A DNA stretch of 64,000 bases from a bacterium UBP4_UBA6127 (lineage in GTDB: Bacteria > UBP4 > UBA4092): positions 11,112 to 75,111 of the forward strand of contig DIVR01000052.1 in assembly GCA_002428325.1 (NCBI GenBank), in the 5' to 3' direction. Both the position numbers and the translations under genes were made by a program. Of this stretch, positions 48,844 through 58,760 are shown piece after piece. Each line of letters starts with the position of its first letter. Position 1 is the first letter of the stretch. The notes below the pieces were generated by a model. The model was not told the origin of the DNA, did not search any database, and was given only the letters and a program-made list of their open reading frames with translations.

Positions 48844-49533
48844 TTATTCAATTCCTTTGACCCAGCCTCCGGACGAAATGAACATATCCTTATTCACCTG
48901 AATTCCCAATAAATATTTCACGACTTGCACTGCTGTCGCAGCATCCGGAGCGTAGGCATCGCAACCAATTTCTTCAGCAAAAGCAGCATTTACAGGTGCT
49001 CCTCCGCACATAAGCTTAACCTTATCTCTTAATCCTTCTTTAATTAGTGCCTCATTAACCAGCTTAAAATTAATCATAGTTGTTGTCAAAAGAGCCGACA
49101 TTCCTATAATTTGAGCATTATTTTCGATGACAGCCTTAATATATTTTTCGGAAGAATTATTAATGCCAATATCGATCACCTTGATACCTGCACCTTCCCA
49201 CATCATCCCAACAAGGTTCTTACCAATATCATGAAGGTCTCCTTTTATGGTACCAAGCACAGCTACTCCGATTGGTTTGGCACCTGTCTGGGTCAAAAGG
49301 GGTCGGAGGATTTCCATGGCAGATTTCATAGCACGTGCAGAAATAAGAACTTCCGGGACATAAATAATATTTCTTCGGAAACGATCTCCGACAACATCCA
49401 TTCCCGGGATGAGTCCCTTATTAAGAATCTCTTCAGGACGGACTCCCTCACTAATGGCCTGATTTGTTAATTCAGCACACCGTTGCTGTTGACCTTTGAT
49501 AACGGAATCAGAAAGACCTTCAAAATCAGCCAT
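48844..49533 (-). CDS. Corrinoid (cobalamin-binding) methyl-carrier protein, MtbC/MttC/MetH-B12-domain family
   Basis: Cap domain GLIPGMDVVGDRF..YVPEVL, B12 motif GDLHDIGKNLV, GMSALLTTT, CGGAP. Start moved to ATG 49533 (GAGGA RBS); the track starts at 49548. Confidence 0.93.
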   Translation of the reverse strand: MADFEGLSDSVIKGQQQRCAELTNQAISEGVRPEEILNKGLIPGMDVVGDRFRRNIIYVPEVLISARAMKSAMEILRPLLTQTGAKPIGVAVLGTIKGDLHDIGKNLVGMMWEGAGIKVIDIGINNSSEKYIKAVIENNAQIIGMSALLTTTMINFKLVNEALIKEGLRDKVKLMCGGAPVNAAFAEEIGCDAYAPDAATAVQVVKYLLGIQVNKDMFISSGGWVKGIE

Positions 49534-49608
49534 ATTATTAATCCTCATCTTCTATGATAAATTAGAATAAGATTTACTTAACTATTGTAACAAAACAGGG
49601 TATATAAA

Positions 49609-50370
49609 ATGTTATTAAACAATAAAACGGCTATTATATCAGGTTCAAGCCGAGGTATCGGTAAGGCTATAGCGATCCAACTTGCTAGGGAGGGAGCCGG
49701 GGTTGTCATTAATTGTAATCAACATCCCCAGGAAGGACTCCTGTTACAGAATGAATTGATAGAAAAAGGATATAAGGCAATATTTATCAAAGGGGACATG
49801 ACCGTTACTGAAGATGTTAAAAGATTGGTTACTGAAACATATGAACAATGGGGCCATATAGATATATTAGTTAATAATGCTTCAGGTTATTTACCGGGTT
49901 TGGCTATTGTTGAGAGTGATTGGAATACCTTTCAAAAAGAGTTTGATAGCAATTTTAAAACAGCCCTTCTCTGTAGTCAGGAAGTTTTACCCCATATGGA
50001 AAAATCCGGGTATGGCAGAATCATTAATCTGGGTGCTACTTTAATCTCACGGCCGGCCCAAGGGCATGGTGCGCATATTACTGCCAAATCGGCACTACTG
50101 GGATTAACCAGAGAATTAGCCATCAAGGAAGGACCCTTCGGAATCACCGTTAATATGGTTTCTCCTGGATTTACATTAACGGAAAAGAATCTGAGCGATC
50201 AAAAAGAATTAATCAAAACGCTTCGAGAGAAAACACCATTAAAAAGATTAGCAACCACTGAGGATGTTGCCAAGGCTGTATTGTTTTTCGCTTCGGATCT
50301 AGCTCAATTCATTACAGGCAGTTATCTGGCAGTCGATGGGGGATTATCCAATATCATTCTGCCATTCTAA
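49609..50370 (+). CDS. Short-chain dehydrogenase/reductase (FabG-like)
   Basis: ISGSSRGIG, DILVNNA, GRIINL, TVNMVSPG, FITGSYLAVDGG. The YxxxK site reads HITAK (Tyr replaced by His). Confidence 0.9.
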   Translation: MLLNNKTAIISGSSRGIGKAIAIQLAREGAGVVINCNQHPQEGLLLQNELIEKGYKAIFIKGDMTVTEDVKRLVTETYEQWGHIDILVNNASGYLPGLAIVESDWNTFQKEFDSNFKTALLCSQEVLPHMEKSGYGRIINLGATLISRPAQGHGAHITAKSALLGLTRELAIKEGPFGITVNMVSPGFTLTEKNLSDQKELIKTLREKTPLKRLATTEDVAKAVLFFASDLAQFITGSYLAVDGGLSNIILPF

Positions 50371-50418
50371 AGTCATTTTTTATCATTAAATGGATAACCA
50401 ATATTATTTCTCAATAGA

Positions 50419-52809
50419 TTAAATGCCAATATCCATTTCATCACGATACTCATTAAGCTGGGTAAAATCCTCTGGAATAATGACATTGAAGGTAGTCCCT
50501 ATTCCTTCTTTGGATTCAACTGTGATTTCTCCATGATGAATCTCTTGAATGATATATTGGGAGATAGGGAGGCCTAATCCAGTACCTCTAAGAGGATTCC
50601 GTTGAGACCGGACTTGATGGTATTTTTCAAAGATATGCTCTATTTCTTCTTTTTTTATCCCTATTCCTGAGTCTGATACTGAAATCTTAACCCCTCGGAT
50701 GCTTGACTCCATATCATGGTTCATCGGCTTATAAGAAACATTACCGATGGTTACCTGAATTTTTCCGTTAGGGGGAGTGAATTTAATAGCATTGCTTAAC
50801 AGGTTATTTAAAACTTGAAGCAGCCAATCGGAATCGCCCATGGGTTTCAGAATATCATCGGGGCAATACGATTCAAGAGTAATATTTTTCTCAGCTGCCA
50901 GAATGGAGAAAGTCTCAAAACTATTTTCCACCAATTGGGAGATATCCACCGGAATGATATACAACTTCACTTTGCCGGCTTCCAGTTTTGCCATCTGCAG
51001 AAAGTTATCGACTAACCGATTCAATCGGCTGACATTCCCGGCGATAATTTCCAGCATTTGTTTTTGTGAAGGTTCTATATTCACTGGCTGATTTTCAATC
51101 AGTGCTTCAGAAGCGCCTTTTAGGGCAGTTAATGGAGTTCTGATTTCATGGGACAGGAAAGAATAATATTCAGATTTTAACGTATCGATTTCTTTTAATT
51201 TTGCGGTCATATTATTAAACAGGTTGGCTAATTCGGCCAGTTCATCACTGGATTGAGTCGGGACCTTAACATCAAGATTACCCTGGGTCACTTCCTGCGC
51301 AGCATGGCCCAATGCCTCAATAGAATTCGTCATGGTCCTGGATAATCTAGATCCCATCACCCAGGCAATTAAGGTTACAGGGATAGTGATAAGAATCAAG
51401 AACGCAAGAATCTCACTTTTCCGATGCTCATAATCATCGGACATGACCCCATTGATAAAAACACCAAGGACTTTTTGTCGGGGTCCAAATATCGGTGTCA
51501 TAGCTGCATAATAAGGCCTTGAGAAAAGATATATTTCGTTGAGGACATTTTGTTTTCCAGAATAGATTTTAGTCCAATCAGAATCATGGATTGAATAAAT
51601 CAGTCCCTGCCGTTGAGACTCATTCATCTTAAAGCTCGTTGCTACCAAGTTTTTATCTTTATAAACACTGGTATCCAATTGAAGGTCTTTTTTCATCTTA
51701 TTCAAATAAACATCATTAATGCTTACACCCGTTATCACTATACCAACAGCCTTCCCATTAAGGTAAAGAGGGGCAGCTCCCAATATATCCAATGGAGAAA
51801 TGAAGTTTTCCTGAACAGATATGATCCTTTGCCCGGCAAAAGCTTTTTCGATAACCCATTGATCTTGCCACTTGTAGGAATGATCTTCCATTAAGCCCCA
51901 ATGAGCTACAGGAATACCATAACGATCAATCACTACGATAAAATCATTTCCTGTTTCCTGGAGTATTTTTCTCAGTTCATTATTCCGGGAAGTGATACTG
52001 CCATTTTTCCCTTCAACCATGGATTGGACGACTGGGTTGACTGAAATCACATAGGCTGTACTTAAAATGTGTTGTTTATCTTTTTCAAAGTAATCATGGA
52101 TTCGTTGTGAATCCCGGTCCACCGTAGAAAAAGCATTCATTCTTATATTGTAGAGAATCAATGTTGCCAGAGGCATTATGACCAGAATGACTGTCATTAA
52201 GACCAGTCCCCTGAGAACGACTTGGAGTTTTTCTACAAATTTCAATCTGGGTACTCTTAAAAAAGTCCAAGCCAATATTCCAAATCCAATAAGCCTTAGT
52301 AGATATGAAAGGTAGATATAAGGCTGATTCCTGTTGGTAAAAGTCAGAATCGCTTCACTCAGGCTAATCAGTAAAAAACAAAAGGAAAACCGACTGGATA
52401 GAATAGCTCGGAAACTGTTTCGCCTTTTAAATGAAGCCCATGCGATACCCGCTGAAAGTATGAACCCGAGGAAGTTTGAGAAAGGTATCCATTTAAGAAG
52501 TATTGGAACCATAGCAAAATTTGAGGAGAACCTGAGTCCTTCTCCCTTAGACCTGGTAACGGCCCAGAGGATGAGACTGTATCCTAACAGTTTTCCTCCC
52601 ATCATCAGAGACAGGTAAAGATTGCTGGTAAGGTTAAATGAATGGATGACTCCACTTAAGCCGGTTAGTGAAAAACCAAAAGCATAAGCCATCATCACCA
52701 AACGTTTATTACGATGGTAAAGCTGCCATGCCACATAGGCAATAGCAAAACACATCAGAAAGATGATGAATTCAAATCCAAATTGTAATACCACAAAAAA
52801 ACTGCCCAT
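50419..52809 (-). CDS. Membrane sensor histidine kinase (multi-TM N-terminus, Cache-like, HAMP, HisKA, HATPase)
   Basis: H-box FLSHEIRTPL, N-box VLNNLLSNAIKFT, G1 VSDSGIGI, G2 GTGLGLPI, HAMP DELAELANLFNNM. Confidence 0.93.
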   Translation of the reverse strand: MGSFFVVLQFGFEFIIFLMCFAIAYVAWQLYHRNKRLVMMAYAFGFSLTGLSGVIHSFNLTSNLYLSLMMGGKLLGYSLILWAVTRSKGEGLRFSSNFAMVPILLKWIPFSNFLGFILSAGIAWASFKRRNSFRAILSSRFSFCFLLISLSEAILTFTNRNQPYIYLSYLLRLIGFGILAWTFLRVPRLKFVEKLQVVLRGLVLMTVILVIMPLATLILYNIRMNAFSTVDRDSQRIHDYFEKDKQHILSTAYVISVNPVVQSMVEGKNGSITSRNNELRKILQETGNDFIVVIDRYGIPVAHWGLMEDHSYKWQDQWVIEKAFAGQRIISVQENFISPLDILGAAPLYLNGKAVGIVITGVSINDVYLNKMKKDLQLDTSVYKDKNLVATSFKMNESQRQGLIYSIHDSDWTKIYSGKQNVLNEIYLFSRPYYAAMTPIFGPRQKVLGVFINGVMSDDYEHRKSEILAFLILITIPVTLIAWVMGSRLSRTMTNSIEALGHAAQEVTQGNLDVKVPTQSSDELAELANLFNNMTAKLKEIDTLKSEYYSFLSHEIRTPLTALKGASEALIENQPVNIEPSQKQMLEIIAGNVSRLNRLVDNFLQMAKLEAGKVKLYIIPVDISQLVENSFETFSILAAEKNITLESYCPDDILKPMGDSDWLLQVLNNLLSNAIKFTPPNGKIQVTIGNVSYKPMNHDMESSIRGVKISVSDSGIGIKKEEIEHIFEKYHQVRSQRNPLRGTGLGLPISQYIIQEIHHGEITVESKEGIGTTFNVIIPEDFTQLNEYRDEMDIGI

Positions 52810-52881
52810 AGGTATCTACTAGCTCAATTCTGATTCCTTCCAAAAACACCTATTTATCTAATCAAAAGGAATTAATAGATT

Positions 52882-54534
52882 TTATTGGTTCTTAAGCTGA
52901 GATTCAATATCTTTTACCTTTTTTTGTATATCTGGGATACGGCTATCCTTTGAATCCTCTAAAATATTTAATGTTTCTTGGTAGAATTTCAACGATTCTT
53001 CCCAATTTTTATTTTTTTCAAATAACCTGGCCAATCTCAATCTTGATTCAGGGTCATAAGGAGATAAGGCTGTCACTTGCTGATATTTATGGATAGCGGC
53101 ATTCCAGTTTTTGTCCTTTTCATACAGGTTTCCCAGGGCAAACTGAATATCAGAATTTTCAGAATCGAATCGCAGCGCAATCTCATAGGCTTCAATGGCT
53201 TTTTTCAACCGGCCGGCCTTTTCATCCAATTCCCCACGCTTTTCAAACATGGAGATGTTCCAAGGATAATAGATACATTCTTTTTCTACATAATCGGCCG
53301 CGGCATTAACATCTTTATAATATCGCTCCATGGTAACAGCCAGATTATAATTCATTCCTTCCACATCGAATCCGATTTTTCCAGCCAATTCAAATTCGTT
53401 TCTAACCTTCTGAGTATCTCTGGCAAACAGATAATTTCGGGCCTTCATAAAATGGTAATTGGCTATTAATTCCCGCTGCATGAATTGGCTCGAATCAGTA
53501 AAATAATTATCCAGAGGGATCAATCCGTCAATATCCTCTTGTCGGAAAGCTTCAGGCTTTCCTGTCTCCAATGAAAAAACCATTCCCCTGGGGAGAGAAT
53601 AAATCCGTTCTCTCCGGTTTCCAATATAATCCAGTATCCCGTTGTAATTTTTTTCCAGCACTGTATAGATGGGGGCTCCACCAGAGTTATTTATCAATCT
53701 GATTTCCAGAAGTCCCTTCTGCATTGGTGAGAGAACTTTTATTTTAGCGGTGGCTTCATCCATCATAGGGAGGTTATTAAACCAGCCTTCCTCTCCATAA
53801 TAAGTGATATCCTGTCGCCATTGGCTAGATTCTCTGAGATAACTCAATGCGCAGGAAGGAGCCATTCCCTGAACCAATAACTTGCTCCCAGAATCAATTG
53901 AATGGGTCAGATTCTTACCAAAAGCAATACCTAAAGGACCTGTCTGCTGAATAAAATAATCGATAGATTTTTTTCTGTTATCAGGTTCATTATCTTTGAA
54001 TAATATGGGATCAACCCATACCTTGGATAAAAGCCAATGCCCTTTTTCCAGAGACCATTGATGATATTGAAATACCTGTTTATCAAAAGGAGGGAGATAC
54101 TGGCTTCCAAAACTTGGAAATTGCTCTCGGATATGCCGTTGGGAAAGAGTTTCAGCATGCCATTTCCCTTTCCACTTAACCACCCGTTTGGTCGTATCCT
54201 GACTGTCCAGAACTTCAATGGAATCCGTCTCAAGCTGAAAAATTCCATATCCCTGGAATAATTGGTCCAGTGACAACTTGAATATCTCTCGATTCCAACC
54301 CATATCAGAAACATAATCCTTAGAGATAAAACTCATTATCCCATCCAAGGTTCTCTCATTGAACATGACCGACAACCGGGAATAATTTGCTTCCATCTGG
54401 GCAAGGGCCGTGGCTGATAGTCCACGGCCTGCCAGAAATACTGTAATTATCATTAAAAACAGGATTTTTCTTAGCATAAAATAAAACTCCGGTATTTGAC
54501 CCCCAAAAACCGGAATCTCCTGACATTTAGTCAT
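52882..54534 (-). CDS. Secreted TPR protein with NTF2-like N-domain (likely start at ATG 54477)
   Basis: Signal peptide MLRKILFLMIITVFLAG, N-domain ending WSLEKGHWLL, C-terminal TPRs (AIEAYEIALRFDSEN, LGNLYEK, LSPYDPESRLRLARL). Confidence 0.75.
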   Translation of the reverse strand: MTKCQEIPVFGGQIPEFYFMLRKILFLMIITVFLAGRGLSATALAQMEANYSRLSVMFNERTLDGIMSFISKDYVSDMGWNREIFKLSLDQLFQGYGIFQLETDSIEVLDSQDTTKRVVKWKGKWHAETLSQRHIREQFPSFGSQYLPPFDKQVFQYHQWSLEKGHWLLSKVWVDPILFKDNEPDNRKKSIDYFIQQTGPLGIAFGKNLTHSIDSGSKLLVQGMAPSCALSYLRESSQWRQDITYYGEEGWFNNLPMMDEATAKIKVLSPMQKGLLEIRLINNSGGAPIYTVLEKNYNGILDYIGNRRERIYSLPRGMVFSLETGKPEAFRQEDIDGLIPLDNYFTDSSQFMQRELIANYHFMKARNYLFARDTQKVRNEFELAGKIGFDVEGMNYNLAVTMERYYKDVNAAADYVEKECIYYPWNISMFEKRGELDEKAGRLKKAIEAYEIALRFDSENSDIQFALGNLYEKDKNWNAAIHKYQQVTALSPYDPESRLRLARLFEKNKNWEESLKFYQETLNILEDSKDSRIPDIQKKVKDIESQLKNQ

Positions 54535-54708
54535 TTAATTCATTTTATTAAAGTTATACCGACCTTTTTAAAGTGGGACACTAATGTTTTACATATTCAT
54601 CTTATTAAGTATTCGACTGATTAATAAGAAGTTAGAATAAGTTTATCACTCAAATAATTCATTCACAAGGAAATCATCATTGATTTATATTTTTTATCGT
54701 CTGGAAAC

Positions 54709-54751
54709 GGAGTTATAACGGAGAGGGTCTGACCCTCTCCGTTATAACTCC
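54709..54751. repeat. Perfect 21-bp-arm palindrome, REP-like element (family A copy 2)
   Basis: GGAGTTATAACGGAGAGGGTC-T-GACCCTCTCCGTTATAACTCC, about 40 nt downstream of the aldo/keto reductase stop. Confidence 0.9.
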
Positions 54752-54790
54752 TAAGAGTCACTTAATTCACAGAAATTGGAATAATTCTCA

Positions 54791-56011
54791 TTACGCTAAT
54801 GTTTTCAATGCTTCATGGACAATAAGCCCAATAGGGACCTGCCTGGGGCAGGCTTTTTCGGCTTTTACCCAATTTTGGTGAGCCAGGGTTACTCTGATTT
54901 CCCCTGGAATTTCCGCATATTTTTCCCTGGCCAGTTCCAGGTTCCCATAACTTCGATAATACATCATATATCGCATAATATCAGCAATCACTGGCATTTC
55001 AGGGAGAGCTGATTCGCAATTTTCCCGGCATCCGGCGCAATAATGAGAACAGGTCTTTTCGGCATAATGCTGTAACAATTGAATGTCACTGGTCTTTAAT
55101 TGGGTCTTATCCAGAGCGGCCGCTACATTTGCCGATAAAAGGGTCACATTGGGCATCTGAGAGCAAATACTGCTGATAAGAGGCTCCTGCCATACTGCTT
55201 TCATTTTAGCCTGCTGAGGTGAAAATCCCTTATTCATAAATTTACCGGCTAAAGCCAGTTCATCATCAGAATCGGTTCGAACAGAGCCCCCTCCCTGGGT
55301 CTTCATGGCAGTGAGTCCGATTCCAGCTTTATGGGAAGCTTCGACTGCTTTTTTCATGGAATCTTCCTGCATCAGCCGATAGTTATAGGCCAACATGATT
55401 CCATCTACCCAACCCAATTTAGAGGCTCCCATCAGGCATCCTGCCATATTACTGTGGGTACTAAATCCAAACAGTTTGATTTTTCCAGCAGATTTAGCTT
55501 TTTTGACCCAAGCCTGCATCTCAGGAGTCAATTGATCAGGATTTCGGAGTCCATGAATAAAATACAAATCGATATAACTGGTTTTCATACGGCTCAGGGA
55601 CCGTTCCAGTAATTGGGTCATGCCTGCCGGGTCCGTTTTATCTGATTTGGATACAAGGAAAACCTTTTTCCGGATATCCGGAAACTTCTCAAAAAACATA
55701 CCGATACCCAATTCGCTGTTTCCACCGTTATAACAATCGGCTGTATCCCAATATGTAACTCCCCAATCCAATGCTTTTTTCAGGACAATCAGATTGGTGG
55801 TGATATCAAACATCCCGCCTAATCCCAAGATAGGAACCTTCACCCCCGATTTGCCAAAATCTCTCAGGGGCATTTTATCTTTAGAAGGGGACTCTTTAGC
55901 TTTAGTCTCTGCAGCAGTCAAAGGTACTGAAGCGGCCAGAGAAGTCATCCCCGCCAAACCCGTCATTTTGATGAAGTCTCTTCGGTTTAAGTTTGAATCA
56001 GATTTTGCCAT
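54791..56011 (-). CDS. Tat-exported aldo/keto reductase with C-terminal Fe-S motif
   Basis: Twin-arginine NRRDFIK, catalytic DTADCY, VSKS, YFIHG, C-terminal CAGCRENC and CP. Confidence 0.88.
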   Translation of the reverse strand: MAKSDSNLNRRDFIKMTGLAGMTSLAASVPLTAAETKAKESPSKDKMPLRDFGKSGVKVPILGLGGMFDITTNLIVLKKALDWGVTYWDTADCYNGGNSELGIGMFFEKFPDIRKKVFLVSKSDKTDPAGMTQLLERSLSRMKTSYIDLYFIHGLRNPDQLTPEMQAWVKKAKSAGKIKLFGFSTHSNMAGCLMGASKLGWVDGIMLAYNYRLMQEDSMKKAVEASHKAGIGLTAMKTQGGGSVRTDSDDELALAGKFMNKGFSPQQAKMKAVWQEPLISSICSQMPNVTLLSANVAAALDKTQLKTSDIQLLQHYAEKTCSHYCAGCRENCESALPEMPVIADIMRYMMYYRSYGNLELAREKYAEIPGEIRVTLAHQNWVKAEKACPRQVPIGLIVHEALKTLA

Positions 56012-56016
56012 GGCTT

Positions 56017-57759
56017 TTACCCTCGCTTTAATAATAGAGAATGTTGTATTTCCCGAGTTTCATTTTCAGCGGTAACCCGGATGGCCCGAAGGCCGCTGAC
56101 CGGGCATTCATGCTCACAAATCCCACATCCGATACACTTTTCAATATCGACAACCGGTCCCATCAAGTGGACCCTGATTTCTCCTGAAGAACCAGGTTCA
56201 AATATAGGGAGTCCATCTCCTTCCAATGAAACAGTTTTTTCAGTATTAGAGATGATTCGATAATAATTATTTTCATAGGCAAGAAAATAGTCCCCTCCCC
56301 CATAATTACCCGATTTTAAAGATTTTCCTTGAATCGTTAATTGCCCATCCTGGAAATGTTCAATGTTTATTTTCCCATCTCGAACCGGCGAATAATATTC
56401 CTTTAAATAAATTGCTTTGGGAGTAACCGGACAGTTCTCCTGACAGACTATGCAGGGGATATTCATTGCCCAGGGAAGGCATCGGGTAGTATCTACAAAA
56501 GCAGTCCCCATTCGGACAGGACCTCTCTCCCGATAAGGACCTATCCCTAATTTTTCTTCCAGTTTCAAGGGTCGTATGGCTGAGGTAGGACAGACATTCC
56601 CGCAGGCAACACAATTCAACTGGCATCCACTGGTACCAATTCTAAAATTCAGAATCGGCGTCCAAAGGCTTTCAAAACCTCCTTCAACTCCTCCCGGCAT
56701 AATAATATTAGTTGGACATATCTTCATGCATTGACCGCATTTCAGGCACCGTTTTAGGAATTCAACTTCGGATAATGAGCCTGGAGGCCTGATTAATCCG
56801 GGATTCCAGTTTTGCCCCAAGGCAGCGCCTACTCTCAATACCGGGACGGCTGCTACTCCCATGATGCCCGATAAGATAAGCCCTCTCCGGGTAACATCCG
56901 GTTCGGTAATCTCTCCAGCGGCTGAAGGGGTCCGTTGAAAAGCCATGAATTGACGATTACAGGCATGGATACAGTTCATACAGAGAAGACACTCACTTAT
57001 CCTGATTTTCCCGAAGGGGTCACAGGCACCCTCACAATGGTTCTCACATAATTCACAGGCTGAACAATCCGCCTCGCTCTTACCGATTCTCCAAAGGGCA
57101 GACCGGCTGAAGACAGCCATCAAAGCCCCGGCTGGGCATAAGTATCGGCAATAGAATCGGGGTTTCCAGAAATTCAGAAATAAAACCAGTATAAAGAGGA
57201 CTCCAATTATTCCAGCTCCTTCATAATATCGGGGAGTTAAAGAAATCCCTAAGGGCAAATGGCTGGCAATGGAAATCAATATCAAGTTAATGGCCCGATG
57301 GGCAAAGGGTATCGGATCCAGCAAACCGGTAGCCAGGCTGACAGAAGTTCCCATGGGGATAGCGGCCATGACCAGGAAAACAACCAGAATGTAATACTTA
57401 ATATTCTGTGACTTATGATATTGATTAGATTCTACTCTTTTCTTGAAGGTCTTAAACCGGCTTCCCCAATACCCGAAGAATTGATGCATGCTGCCAAAAG
57501 GGCAAATCCATCCGCAAAAGAAGCGGCCGAAAACTACTGTCAGAATAAGAGTCCCAATTCCCCAGGCCAGTCCCCTGTACAAAGTATGAGTCGTGAGTAA
57601 ACTACTTAACCCGACCAGCGGGTCCAATTCCAGTATCCAGTTTATCGGCCATCCTCTTAATTCATTCCATCGGGTTCCCCATACAGTCACAATACAGAAC
57701 CACATGAAAAGAATGAAGAAGAATATCTGTGTAATTCTGCGGGCTATGGTAATTTTCAT
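56017..57759 (-). CDS. Membrane polyferredoxin (NapH/MauN-like membrane domain fused to MauM/NapG-like ferredoxin)
   Basis: GRFFCGWICPFG, RFYCRYLCPAG, CSACELCENHC, CLLCMNC, internal TRRG, IRPPG, CLKCGQCMKICP, CIGCGICEHECP. Confidence 0.88.
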   Translation of the reverse strand: MKITIARRITQIFFFILFMWFCIVTVWGTRWNELRGWPINWILELDPLVGLSSLLTTHTLYRGLAWGIGTLILTVVFGRFFCGWICPFGSMHQFFGYWGSRFKTFKKRVESNQYHKSQNIKYYILVVFLVMAAIPMGTSVSLATGLLDPIPFAHRAINLILISIASHLPLGISLTPRYYEGAGIIGVLFILVLFLNFWKPRFYCRYLCPAGALMAVFSRSALWRIGKSEADCSACELCENHCEGACDPFGKIRISECLLCMNCIHACNRQFMAFQRTPSAAGEITEPDVTRRGLILSGIMGVAAVPVLRVGAALGQNWNPGLIRPPGSLSEVEFLKRCLKCGQCMKICPTNIIMPGGVEGGFESLWTPILNFRIGTSGCQLNCVACGNVCPTSAIRPLKLEEKLGIGPYRERGPVRMGTAFVDTTRCLPWAMNIPCIVCQENCPVTPKAIYLKEYYSPVRDGKINIEHFQDGQLTIQGKSLKSGNYGGGDYFLAYENNYYRIISNTEKTVSLEGDGLPIFEPGSSGEIRVHLMGPVVDIEKCIGCGICEHECPVSGLRAIRVTAENETREIQHSLLLKRG

Positions 57760-57776
57760 AAGTTGATTTCAGTCTT

Positions 57777-58760
57777 TTATGTCATGATAGGGTTCAATGA
57801 TTTATAATCGGCCGTTCCCACTCCTGCTTTCAGAGCATTTCTAATGAACGGTAACAAAGGTTTACCTAATAATTCTGCTCCATAGGCATCTGCCGCCACT
57901 TGATCCGTGGAAACAATCATCAATCCCGTTGGTTTTAAATCATCCAGGGAACCGCCTGTCGGCCCATTGGTCATCATAGTAACGGTTGCATCCAGTACCA
58001 CAAAAGTAGGCTTTATCAGGAGTGCCAATTCTTCAATAATGGTATGAATATCCTGATGAAATATATTCCGCCGCCCGCCTAATAATCCATACCAGTTTTT
58101 CATAGTCATAGAGGCGCCACTACGATGGTGGTCTTTCAGGGGAGCAACCCCGATTAATTTCGTTACATTCTTCATAGGAGTCCATAGAAAGGGCCAATTT
58201 TTTATCAGTTTTCCATTACTTAAAGTAATAGGAGAAAAAGAAGATTTCCCTGGCAGAAATAACCTTCCGCCTGAATTCCGTGTCGCTTGTTCTAATCCTG
58301 ATAATCGAAAGCAACTTTCAGGGTCGTTAATAGGATTATCGGATACCCTGACTTCCCGGGCGCCTGCTTTGAGACATAATGAAATGAGAGTCTGTACCAA
58401 TTCAGGATGGCTGGTAGCCCCCAGTTCAGGAGGGGTAGCGAAAGCTCCATTGACTTTAATCAGGACAATATCATCCTTTTGGATATATGCTTCTATTCCT
58501 CCCAAAGCACCAATCGCCTTGGTTAAGGTGTCAGACCTTTTTGTCCCCCTTGCTATCGCTATCTTTTTCCCTGCTTTGGATATTGAATAGTCACTTAACG
58601 AAATATTCTGCCGAGGGGCTGTCAGAATCTCCGGTGGGTTATTTCTGTAAAATACATATCCCACCGAGGCGAGCCCTGCTATGGTCAGGCTGGCTTTGAT
58701 TGAACGATTAATAAATTCCCTTCGGTTCATATTTCTTATTTCATCTTCCTGATAGGTCAT
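57777..58760 (-). CDS. DUF362 family protein with Tat signal
   Basis: MNRREFI, ALGGIEAYIQKDDIVLIKVN, TSHPELV, LKDHHRSGASMTMKNWYG, DQVAADAY. Confidence 0.85.
   Translation of the reverse strand: MTYQEDEIRNMNRREFINRSIKASLTIAGLASVGYVFYRNNPPEILTAPRQNISLSDYSISKAGKKIAIARGTKRSDTLTKAIGALGGIEAYIQKDDIVLIKVNGAFATPPELGATSHPELVQTLISLCLKAGAREVRVSDNPINDPESCFRLSGLEQATRNSGGRLFLPGKSSFSPITLSNGKLIKNWPFLWTPMKNVTKLIGVAPLKDHHRSGASMTMKNWYGLLGGRRNIFHQDIHTIIEELALLIKPTFVVLDATVTMMTNGPTGGSLDDLKPTGLMIVSTDQVAADAYGAELLGKPLLPFIRNALKAGVGTADYKSLNPIMT

Noticed and set aside
49534-49608. Cobalamin riboswitch upstream of the corrinoid gene
   Set aside because: The intergenic gap is only about 75 nt, AT-rich, and lacks the conserved B12-box.
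3998-54751. The repeated palindromes as a CRISPR array or IS ends
   Set aside because: The copies are isolated and kilobases apart, with no repeat-spacer periodicity, no cas genes and no enclosed transposase.
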